A stretch of 64,000 nt of DNA from Octopus sinensis. Its lineage: Eukaryota. Shown here in pieces: positions 41,388 to 53,277 of this stretch; the stretch's first letter is position 1; each line of letters opens with the position of its first letter. A model generated the notes under the pieces. That model saw only the letters and a program-made list of their open reading frames with translations, did no database searches and was not told the origin of the DNA. Where the stretch lies: NCBI RefSeq assembly GCF_006345805.1, contig NC_043005.1, forward strand, positions 76,880,001-76,944,000, read 5' to 3'. Position numbers and translations under genes: made by a program.

Positions 41388-43235
41388 ATGAGAGAAAAAA
41401 TTAAGGAGATTAACGACTCGAATAAGATCTTCGTTAATTCTGACAAGACAAGGAACTTATATGCACTTGATAAGGACGTTTATAAGCGCCTGATTTCGAA
41501 TAGTGTCACGGACACATACAAAAAAGACAACACGAATATATACAAAGAGGTGAACTTAGAAGCAAGAGGAATAGCTAACGATCTTAAGATTAGCGATAGG
41601 ATTGAATACCTTTCACCACGACCAGCTTTTATTACTCTGAAAGACCATAAAGACAATTTTAGTAGAAACCCCAAATGTAGATTGATAAATCCGGCTAAAA
41701 CTGAGATAGGAATTATTAGCAAAAATATTTTGGACCGTATTTTAGTTAAGTTAGATAGTGAAGTAGACTTGAGAATTTGGAAGAATAGTAAGTCAGTTAT
41801 AGAGTGGTTTAAAGGTATTAGCTATAAGAATAATTGTAGTTTCACACAATTCGACATTATTGACTTTTACCCGTCGATATCTAGGACGTTGCTCCTAAGG
41901 GCATTGGACTTCGCCAAGCAGTATGTCAACATCGATAGCTCGGAAATTGAAATTATTATGCATGCGAGGAAATCGCTTATGTTTTTCGAGGATTCCACCT
42001 GGATTAAGAAGACTGAGGATTCTCTTTTCGATGTACCGATGGGGGCATACGACGGGGCTGAATTATGTATGCTCATAGGAGCCTTTATTCTCCATAATCT
42101 AAAAATAGAATTCCCATTTATAGATGCAGGTCTATATAGGGATGACGGCCTTATAGCCACGCATAATCTAAACGGCCATGAATCAGATAGACTTAGGAAG
42201 GACCTTATAGCTTTCTTTCAAAGGATGGGCTTACGGATTACGATAGATACTAACCTGAATAGTGTAGATTTTTTAGACGTAAATTTTAATGTAAGATCGG
42301 ATAGATTTTAAACCTTTCGTAAGCCCAATGAAAAGCTATCGTATATTAGCAAAGATTCGAACCATCCACCAGTTATCCTTAGCAACTTAGTCAGCAATGT
42401 AGGTAGAAGAATATCTTCAATTTCTTCGGACGAGGCAGCATTCCATAATGCTGCACCTTATTACGATAGCGCATTAAAGAATAGTGGATTCTCGGAGAAG
42501 ATCCAGTTCAACCAGCTTAATGCTAATAATAATGCTGCACGAAGAACTAGGACCAGGAAAGTTTTGTGGTTCAACCCGGCTTTCAATTGGCCGTAAAGGC
42601 TATAGGTAAGGAATTTTTGAGATTAGTCTCTAAGCATTTTAAGCAGGGTCATAAATTCTACAGAATATTTAATAGAAGAACCCTGAAGGTTAGCTATTCT
42701 TGTTGCAGAAATTTCGCCTCTTACATTAGCAAACATAATAGGAAGCTAATTGAGATTAGACATGGTGCCGAGCCCATTAAGAAATGTAATTGCAAAAACG
42801 AAAGCTCCTGTCCGTTAGAAGGGAAATGTCTAGTGAAAGGAGTAGTTTATAGAGCCAAGGTGCAAGTGGAAGGCTCATCGGAATACAAGACATACACAGG
42901 GGCTTCAGAAAATTCATTTAAAACAAGATTTTATTCTCATAGGAATTCTTTTAAATACCCAGAGAATAAAGAAAACCAGCCTAGCAAAATATGTCTGGGA
43001 ACTAAAAGAAAAGGAAGCCCCACCTTTCAACGTGACATGGAGCATTCTGGACAGGGCGGCACCATACAGGCATGGAGCTTACAAATATAATTTCAAGTGC
43101 AAGCTTTGCTTATTAGAAAAAATGCACATATTATTCAAAGACAATAATTCTTTGAATCAAAGAAGTGAGTTAATGAACTTATGTAGGCACGCGGCTAAAT
43201 TTAAAATGTCGAATATAAATATACCATATGGATAG
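41388..43235 (+). pseudogene. PLE reverse transcriptase-GIY-YIG endonuclease ORF, disrupted (TAA at 42309-42311, frameshifts near 42588 and 42967)
   Basis: ORF-track pieces 41388-42311, 42566-43090 and 43032-43235. The frame after the TAA continues as TFRKPNEKLSYISKDSNHPP...WFNPAFN, so these pieces form one protein. Confidence 0.9.
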
Positions 43236-44231
43236 AGTATATATTTTGTATTTTGATTTTTGATTTTTGATTTTGACTCTTAAGCGCTACGACGGATCTA
43301 TAGCAAAGTCTTATTGTTTCTACATATATATTAGGAAAAACCTACAAACTTTGTTTTCATGTTATTGTATTGCATAGGATTACCTTGATTATTTATATTA
43401 CCTTGATTATTTATAAATGACCCAAAATAGGATGTTATATTTTATTTTATATGTCTTTCGTATATATTTTTATTAATGCACCCATTTTTTAAAAGCAATG
43501 TTTTTTTAAAAAAAGCAATGTTGTCAAATTAGAATGTTTATATAAGTTTGTGTATAGCAAAGCATATGTATTTGTAAGCATGCGTATCTGTGTATGTGTA
43601 AGTGAAAGTATGCTTGTGCTTAAGCACGCACACACACGACGGTATGTATATGTATCAATTCAAACTTGTGTATGTATACTGGCCTCTATAGATGCCAATA
43701 ACATCGCTACAAGTTCCCCCCTCTTTCGTTCCTTTTTCTCTCTTTCCCTTTCTTTCGTTCCCCCTCCTTGCTCAGTATATGAGAATTGCTACATAGATGA
43801 TTTTAGCTTGCGTGCGAGACGGTTTGCGTGAATATGTACACATGCTTTTATGTGTATAATTTAGATTCATATTCATACGTCTGTATATGTATGTATGGCG
43901 TTTACGCGCATCCTTTTGTGTATGTTGATATATATATATGTGGATTTTAATATAAATATGTATTGCAGTATTATAACAGGTTTAATTTCTATGCATTAAT
44001 TTGTACTGTCTTCATTAACGGCAATAGGTTTTTTCCTCGGTTTTTCCTCGGATTTTATAATTTTTATAATTTTTATAAGTTTTTATATATATATACATAT
44101 ATTTTTGACCTTTTTGTTTATCGCTCGAAGATTGACCGTTTTTTCTAAAGGGCCAATCAAACAAGTCCATTTCTTTTTAAGGTGTAGCGTTTGTAAGAGT
44201 ATAGATTGAATTAAATATATTGTTCCATTCT

Positions 44232-44285
44232 AGCAAAAACTGTCTGATGAACGGCAACGAGAAACTCAGAGTAACAGATTTTGTT
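44232..44285 (+). ncRNA. Type I hammerhead ribozyme at the PLE 3' end (minimal, palindromic stem III)
   Basis: Stem I 44232-44243/44274-44285 (11 of 12 pairs including one G-U); CUGAUGA 44244-44250; stem II CG-GCAA-CG; GAAA 44261-44264; stem III ACUC-A-GAGU; GUA cleavage triplet 44271-44273. Position 10.1-11.1 is an A-A mismatch. Confidence 0.8.
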
Positions 44286-44310
44286 GAATTTTCTGCTGCT
44301 TAAAATAAAG

Positions 44311-44349
<39 letters not shown>

Positions 44350-44405
44350 ATATATATACATATATATATATATACAAGTATATATATGTATATATATCTA
44401 TATAC

Positions 44406-44436
<31 letters not shown>

Positions 44437-44617
44437 TAAATATATATATATGTATATATACGTATATATATATATATATATATATTATGTATGTATGTAT
44501 ATATTATATATACATATATATATATATACAAGTATATATATGTATATATATCTATATACATATATATATATGTTATTATATATATATATAAATATATATA
44601 TATATGTATATATATAC

Positions 44618-44657
<40 letters not shown>

Positions 44658-44674
44658 TATATATATATAATATA

Positions 44675-47673
44675 CGGAGAAGTAAACACATAAAGTGTGA
44701 AAACAAGGTGGAAAAAAGAGTACTCAAATACCAGTGGTAGAGTAATATGCTTTATTTTAAGAAAAATGAGAGAAAAAAATAAGGAGATTAACGACTCGAA
44801 TAAGATCTTCGTTAATTCTGACAAGACAAGGAACTTATATGCACTTGATAAGGACGTTTATAAGCGCCTGATTTCGAATAGTGTCACGGACACATACAAA
44901 AAAGACAACACGAATATATACAAAGAGGTGAACTTAGAAGCAAGAGGAATAGCTAACGATCTTAAGATTAGCGATAGGATTGAATACCTTTCACCACGAC
45001 CAGCTTTTATTACTCTGAAAGACCATAAAGACAATTTTAGTAGAAACCCCAAATGTAGATTGATAAATCCGGCTAAAACTGAGATAGGAATTATTAGCAA
45101 AAATATTTTGACCGTATTTTAGTTAAGTTAGATAGTGAAGTAGAACTTGAGAATTTGGAAGAATAGTAAGTCAGTTATAGAGTGGTTTAAAGGTATTAGC
45201 TATAAGAATAATTGTAGTTTCACACAATTCGACATTATTGACTTTTACCCGTCGATATCTAGGACGTTGCTCCTAGGGCATTGGACTTCGCCAAGCAGTA
45301 TGTCAAATCGATAGCTCGAAATTGAAATTATTATGCATGCGAGGAAATCGCTTATGTTTTTCGAGGATTCCACCTGGATTAAGAAGACTGAGGATTCTCT
45401 TTTCGATGTACCGATGGGGGCATACGACGGGGCTGAATTATGTATGCTCATAGGAGCCTTTATTCTCCATATCTAAAAATAGATTCCCATTATAGATGCA
45501 GGTCTATATAGGGATGACGGCCTTATAGCCACGCATAATCTAAACGGCCATGAATCAGATAGACTTAGGAAGGACCTTATAGCTTTCTTTCAAAGGATGG
45601 GCTTACGGATTACGATAGATACTAACCTGAATAGTGTAGATTTTTTAGACGTAAATTTTAATGTAAGATCGGATAGATTTTAAACCTTTCCGTAAGCCCA
45701 ATGAAAAGCTATCGTATATAGCAAAGATTCGAACCATCCACCAGTATCCTTAGCAACTTAGTCAGCAATGTAGGTAGAAGAATATCTTCAATTTCTTCGG
45801 ACGAGGCAGCATTCCATAATGCTGCACCTTATTACGATAGCGCATTAAAGAATAGTGGATTCTGGAGAAGATCCAGTTCAACCAGCTTAATGCTAATAAT
45901 AATGCTGCACGAAGAACTAGGACAGGAAAGTTTTGTGGTTCAACCCGGCTTTCAATTTGGCCGTAAAGGCTAATATAGGTAAGGAATTTTTGAGATTAGT
46001 CTCTAAGCATTTTAAGCAGGGTCATAAATTCTACAGAATATTTAATAGAAGAACCCTGAGGTTAGCTATTCTTGTTGCAGAAATTTCGCCTCTTACATTA
46101 GCCAACATAATAGGAAGCTAATTGAGATTAGACTGGTGCCGAGCCCATTAAGAAATGTAATTGCAAAAACGAAAGCTCCTGTCCGTTAGAAGGGAAATGT
46201 CTAGTGAAAGGAGTAGTTTATAGAGCCAAGGTTGCAAGTGGAAGGCTCATCGGATACAAGACATACACAGGGGCTTCAGAAAATTCATTAAAACAAGATT
46301 TTATCTCATAGGAATTCTTTTAAATACCCAGAGAATAGGAAGAAAACCAGCCTAGCAAAATATGTCTGGGAACTAAAAGAAAAGGAAGCCCCACCTTTCA
46401 ACGTGACATGGAGCATTCTGGACAGGGCGGCACCATACAGGCATGGAGCTTACAAATATAATTTCAAGTGCAAGCTTTGCTTATTAGAAAATGCACATAT
46501 TATTCAAAGACAATAATTCTTTGAATCAAAGAAGTGAGTTAATGAACTTATGTAGGCACGCGGCTAAATTTAAAATGTCGAATATAAATATACCATATGG
46601 ATAGAGGATATATTTTGTATTTTGATTTTTGATTTTTGATTTTGACTCTTAAGCGCTACGACGGATCTATAGCAAAGTCTTATTGTTTCTACATATATAT
46701 TAGGAAAAACCTACAAACTTTGTTTTCATGTTATTGTATTGCATAGGATTACCTTGATTATTTATATTACCTTGATATTATAATGACCCAAAATAGGATG
46801 TTATATTTATTTATATGTCTTTCGTATATATTTTTATTAATGCACCATTTTTTAAAAGCAATGTTTTTTTAAAAAAAGCAATGTTGTCAAATTTAGAATG
46901 TTTATATAAGTTTGTGTATAGCAAAGCATATGTATTTGTAAGCATGCGTATCTGTGTATGTGTAAGTGAAAGTATGCTTGTGCTTAAGCACGCATACACA
47001 CGACGGTATATATGTATCAATTCAAACTTGTGTATGTATACTGGCCTCTATAGATGCCAATAACATCGCTACAAGTTCCCCCCCCTCTTTCGTTCCTTTT
47101 TCTCTCTTTCCCTTTCTTTCGTTCCCCCTCCTTGCTCAGTATATGAGAATTGCTACATAGATGATTTTTAGCTTGCGTGCGAGACGGTTTGCGTGAATAT
47201 ATGTACACATGCTTTTATGGTATAATTTAGATTCATATTCATACGTCTGTATATGTATGTATGGCGTTACGCGCATCCTTTTGTGTATGTTGATATATAT
47301 ATATGTGGATTTTAATATAAATATGTATTGCAGTATTTATAACAGGTTTAATTTCTATGCATTAATTTGTACTGTCTTCATTAACGGCAATAGTTTTTTC
47401 CTCGGTTTTTTTCCTCGGATTTTATAATTTTTATAATTTTTATAAGTTTTTATATATATACATATATTTTTGACCTTTTTGTTTATCGCTCGAAGATTGA
47501 CCGTTTTTTCTAAAGGGCCAATCAAACAAGTCCATTTCTTTTTAAAGTGTAGCGTTTGTAAGAGTATAGATTGAATTAATATATATTGTTCCATTCTAGC
47601 AAAAACTGTCTGATGAACGGCAACGAGAAACTCAGAGTAACAGATTTTGTTGAATTTTTGCTGCTTAAAATAA

Positions 47674-47675
<2 letters not shown>
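44675..47675 (+). mobile_element. Penelope-like retroelement, tandem copy 2 (many 1-bp indels)
   Basis: Near-identical to 41300-44310 over the whole length. ORF fragments at 44697-45122 and 45933-46121. Differences from copy 1 are mostly small indels. Confidence 0.92.
47598..47651 (+). ncRNA. Type I hammerhead ribozyme, copy 2
   Basis: Same sequence as 44232-44285, with CUGAUGA at 47610-47616. Confidence 0.8.
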
Positions 47676-47745
<70 letters not shown>

Positions 47746-47832
47746 CAAGTATATATATGTATATATATCTATATACATATATATATAGTATATTATATAT
47801 ATATATATAAATATATATATGTATATATATAC

Positions 47833-47871
<39 letters not shown>

Positions 47872-47873
47872 CG

Positions 47874-47904
<31 letters not shown>

Positions 47905-48307
47905 CTGCACACCGCACACACACCAACACACACCACACACACACACACACACCACACACCACACACACACATATATATTATATATGTATGTATGCATGTA
48001 ATGTATGTATATATATCTGTTGATATTTGTGATGGCAACGAATTTGATATTAAGTAATGTTTATGTAGAAGGTGAATGAAACCCATGGTAACACTTGAAA
48101 TGATGCAACCATCACATGAATTTATTAATACAAGTTATAACGTAAAATAGATAGCCCAAAGATCTTGGATTAAACATCACGGATATTTCTTCTTTATTTT
48201 TTCTTATATGAATTATTGATTTGTGGAGAAATTGTAATTATGAAAGTAATTGTTCTGTTTGTGTTTTATACTACATGTTACATGATAAATTGATTCCTCT
48301 TATCTCT

Positions 48308-48365
<58 letters not shown>

Positions 48366-49684
48366 ACTTTCTGTCGTCCCCTGTTATATTTTCCCGTTTA
48401 CAATTAAATAAACAATACAATACGCATGCACACACAGCACACTCGGACACACACATATATACATGTATATATACATGTATAATACATTTACGTACAGATA
48501 TATACACACGTGCGCATATATAAATATAAGCACATTTATACTCACATACTACATATACGCACACACGCACATATATATATGGGTACATACGCACATACAT
48601 ACATTTAGGTGCACACACATGAATAGAAGAAACATTAACATAACAGAAATTGTAATTAATAAATTCAGAACAAAACACTAGAATAGATTATGTCTAAATC
48701 TAGAAAAGAATTAATAAGTAAAAGAAAATGCGAAGCAAAAGAAATTCGTTTGAATAAAGTGGAAGAGCTGTCAAGATATATTATTTTAAGGTGTTTTTGC
48801 CAACAAATTTTATCTGATAGAAAATCATAATACTAGATCGTTATAAAATCTCTTAACTCTCGTTCTTCGTTTTGTTTTTCCTCTAGGTTTTGTTAGAAGT
48901 ACTTGGCTTATATCTTGCTTGGCAAGTCGATATAGAAGAAGAAATAAATTATATCTGCAGCAAAAGTTCGTGTATATAAACTATAGTCGTTTTATTCTTG
49001 TTATTTTAGATATTGCTACTATCCTCATAATCATAGCCATCATCATCATCGACATGGTCATCGTCGTCGTCGTTCTTATTCAAATAGATTATTGAGAAAT
49101 ACAGTCTATACTTTGAGGAGAATAGAAGAAAAATCTATTTCTGTTTCGTTTGTGAATGCATATTTTTACATTTAGTAGCAAAACTTTAAGCATATCGAAA
49201 CAATTAAATCTTGCGTTGCATTTACATAATAACAGGCCCAATAAAATGTTTTATTGTTTAAAGGTTGAACTTGTCACGATCATCCGCAGATAATATTTCA
49301 GATAATAATAAATCAAAGAGAAATATACGGAAGGAGAAATTAATAAACGAGTGAAAAGGAGGAAAAGAAATATAAACATTTTAAAAGAACATACAAATTA
49401 TTCAAATTAAAATAGCTCTTTCATATTATTCAATATGTCTGTATCTGCTATTTGGGTTATAGAGTCCGTGGCCTATATTGATTGCAGATGTACAGTCAGA
49501 TAGTAATATGTATGCACATTAGGGTACATACACATGTACATGTGTACACATGCATATGGAACAATATAGTAGCTTCATATTTCTCCTTTAGTTTGAATGC
49601 TATTAATATTCATGAAACGTCTAAACTACTGCTTCCAGAACAGTCTGAATATATTCCATACTATATCATATTTATATGCTATTT

Positions 49685-50080
49685 ATATGGAGCCTTCTCG
49701 TCTTCCGAGGATCAGGCTCTACGAGGAATTTTCAATCGGAACAAAACCCAGAGGTGGCCCGACATTCCGTTTTAAAGACCTGGCTCAAACTAACATCCAG
49801 CCATCCTCATGAAAACAGATTGTCACGGATAGGACAGCCTGGAGGACTGCTATCCGCAATGGAGCTAGCTCCTTCGAGAAGAACAGAAAACAGAATGGGA
49901 AGGTAAAATGCAGGAGAAGAAAGGAGCGTCCTCAACATGCTTGACCCGCACCGACCATTCTGTACGAATTCTTTCACCACCGATTTGGACTCCAAAGTCA
50001 CATTCGGCACAGAAAGCTGCCGAGGAGATTGGATGGAGACTGACGAACACAATGCTTGGATACGAGCTAGAGCTGATGAG
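49685..50080 (+). mobile_element. RTE LINE 3' fragment
   Basis: MEPSRLPRIRLYEEFSIGTKPRGGPTFRFKD...DRTAWRTAIRNGASSFEKNR matches the RTE C-terminal pattern also seen at 10520-10780. Confidence 0.8.
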
Positions 50081-50780
50081 TATGTATATATCACAATACT
50101 AAAACATTTATATACGATATATACTATATCATATTTGTATACTATATCATATATCGTACTCTATACTATATCATATATCGTACACTAAACTATACCATAT
50201 TTAAATACTATATTTCATACAATATACTATGCTATATCATAATGATCCACCATGTATCATACTATATATAATATTAAATGATATCCCTATGAAATAATAT
50301 AGTATAAATACTATTACTATTCATGGAACGTCTAACCGCTGTTTACCGAATAATCTAGAATTATATCGTACTACAGTATCGCTCGACTATCGCTGGTTCT
50401 ACGTTCTAAAATTCCCCGCGAAAGGTGAACATCCGCGAAATAGAAACAGTGCTGTGCTGTATATATTTTTAAAATAACTTTTATAATTTGTATATATTTT
50501 ATTATAAATGCAAAGCAACACCACGGAGCCGACGTAAGCTTAAATAATAAACCGCGTAAGTGAACAATGATATGGCGAGGGATAACTATATATAATTTTT
50601 TACTTGTTTCAGTCATCTGATTGCGGCCATGCTGGAGCACAGCCTTGAAGTGTTTTTGAATCGAACAAAGTGACCCTAGAACTTATTTATTCAAAATATC
50701 ACACTACATTATATCATATTAATATACTGCATACCATACTATAACACGTTTGAGATACTGTCTAGAAATAGAAGGATATA

Positions 50781-50834
<54 letters not shown>

Positions 50835-52900
50835 ATTGAGGTAATCAGATCAGATGGTTCATATTTGTAGATATTATTTATATATTACATTTTTTACATA
50901 TATATCATATCATTCGGATTAGCGCTTGCTCCCATTCTAGTGGGTTTTCAAATCAAATCAGTTGTGGGTAGTTTGAACCTTTTTATAGTTTCGTAGTAGT
51001 GGGTCAGGAGGAAGTGAGACAGAGAGAAAATATGTGTGTATGTGTGTGTGTGTGTGTGTGTGCGCGTGTGTGTGTGTGTGCGCATTTATATATATATATA
51101 TACATGCATACATACACCCACACATGTATATTTAACCACACACCCTCACTCATTCATTTGAATCTATTTCCTTGAAGGTATTGTTTACTCTGAGATAATC
51201 TCTTATCAAGTCGATTTCTATAGAAAGCAATACAGTTCTGACCATCTCACCATAGTTTTGTTTCGCTTTTCACACTAAGATTTTATAGCTACATTAACAA
51301 ATGTCTTTCCCGTTCTCTGTAAGACGACGATGTGATATTTCAGTGAGATTCGGCTGCTATGTCTAGCAGGTCAAGCAACCATGTAGAGGTTCACCATGTT
51401 TCTAATAATGTTTCGCCTTTTCAGAAATAGGAAATACTTGGAGAACTTGATGTTGATATGTATTTTGAGATGTTACTTTTTACCGACATGCAAAGTGACG
51501 GTCTGTGTTGAATGATACAGACGAGCGAGCCTTTCTCTTATAGTCGCTGGTGAAAATGCTATCACTGCTTCCACTGCTTCTGCTGCTGTCGTTGTTGTTG
51601 TTGTTGTTAAGCAACAAGACGGGTAAGGGTGATTAGGTGATGGTCTAGGGCTTAGGGGCGGGAGACCCCAGACCTTGGAAAAAAAAACTTTGGTCATGTT
51701 GTTGTAGTCGAGGGCTCTTCGTTGACACCCGACACCACTGGAAGGTGGCCCTCGAAGTCGCTGGAAATGGAGATCTCCAGGTCCAAATACTTGAACGGCT
51801 GCTGCTGCTGCTCCTACGTTAATTCACCCTAGCCGGCTGGGAAACCTATAATCAGTCGATCGATATATTAGAAATAGCGCTTAAATATAACCCAAATCAC
51901 AACTAACCATCTAAATATAGCAAAACACGTTAGAGTATTTAACTAAAGAAATGCAAATGTTGCATTGAATCGAATATATTCATATAAAGTCATATTTAGC
52001 AAGTTCCAGTGTATTCGGACATGGGAAGATATTCCCCTGAGGAAATAATCTGGGAGAAAAATAAAAGCTGGGCTATGAATGGCGTCATTGGACCGTAGTG
52101 CACATGTATTTCTGCGTTGTTGCCGGTTGTCAGCTACGAATACCAAATCTGCCTGTCACAGTCCGAAAAGAACGGCACATTCTTATGTTAGAACTGTAAA
52201 ATCAAAGAGGAGAATTTTCTTTCGAAACTGTTTCGAGAGCGACAGGTCTTTCACGTTCGTCATGCACTAAGAGAAAGCTTCTAAGTGGACGACGACAGAA
52301 TGCGGCACCGGCATCTCACTTAACACGTATATATCAAATTAAATCATTCTCAATGCTTTACGTCTGATATAAATAATGACTAACTGGGTAGGGTTCAAAT
52401 GGATTTGGCCATGGTTTTGTTCGATCAAAGTGCTTATATTATTCATTCCAGCTCTATGTAAAGTGGATTCGCATTCCGTTGAGGTCAACTTCGCCTTTCA
52501 TCCTTTTGGTGATCAATAAATAAAACACCAGTCCACAGCAGCAGATTGGCAGAATTATTAGGGCATTGGATGGTTCTGTTCCGAATCTAGATGTCATCAG
52601 TTCAAATCCCACTTTAAAAAATCCATATCCAACTGATGATTATGTTATTCGTTATGCGCTGAGAGAAGGCTTCAAAGTGGACGACAACATACTGCAGCAC
52701 CGGCATATCACTTTAATGAGACAACCCTTTCATTGCTTTGTTACTGTTGTGTCATAGATTCAGTGGTTTTGGAGATTAAGCATGTGGAGATCGATTTCAT
52801 GACTAGTTACTCGTAACTAGATAATCCTACTTACAAGTTCCCCTTGGTTTTTCAGAAAACCTGGAAACGTCAGTACCACCGTAGACGACAACTGTTGTGT

Positions 52901-53277
52901 TACTCTTTTACTTGTTTCAGTCATTTGACTGCGGCCATGCTGGAGCACCGCCTTTAGTGGAGCAAATCAACCCCAGGACTTATTCTTTGGAAGCCTAGTA
53001 CTTATTCTATCGGTCTCTTTTGTCGAACCACTAGTTTACGGGGACATAAACACACCAGCATCGGTTGTCAAGCGATGGCGGGGGGACAAACAGATACACA
53101 AACGTATACACACATACATATATATATATAGACATATATACGACGGGCATCTTTCAGTTTTCGTCTACCAAATCCACTCAGAAGGCTTTGGTCGGCCCGA
53201 GGTGCCACGCAGTGGGACTGAACCCAGAACCATATGGTTGGTAAGCAAGCTACTTACCACACAGTCATTCCTGCGCC
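52901..53277 (-). mobile_element. SINE family C
   Basis: Reverse-complement match to 23829-24235 with a short internal deletion. Confidence 0.85.

Larger units (their letters stand above)
41300..44310 (+). mobile_element. Penelope-like retroelement (Naiad-like), copy 1: inverted tail segment, 5'-truncated RT-GIY-YIG ORF, ~1.07 kb 3' UTR ending in a hammerhead ribozyme
   Basis: Contains PLE RT motifs (DKTRNLY, FDIIDFYPSI, PMGAYDGAELC, LYRDDGL, FLDVNF), a CNC-x5-CP-x2-GKC linker, a GIY-YIG-type domain (VVYRA...YTG...FKTRFYSH), then CKLCLLEK and LCRH. Both ends abut (TA)n tracts. The clade assignment is from recalled motif patterns, not a search. Confidence 0.93.

Noticed and set aside
42309-42311. 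Programmed read-through of the in-frame TAA
   Set aside because: It is better explained by compensating indels that turn FKPFRKPN into F*TFRKPN; the conserved proline is lost in the read-through frame.
42780-43200. Selenocysteine (in-frame TGA) use, reported for some Naiad elements
   Set aside because: The cysteine positions in CNC..CP..GKC, CKLC and CRH are all TGT or TGC, and there is no in-frame TGA.
48888-48975. Candidate plus-strand exon after a strong polypyrimidine-AG
   Set aside because: No convincing donor site and no recognisable protein.
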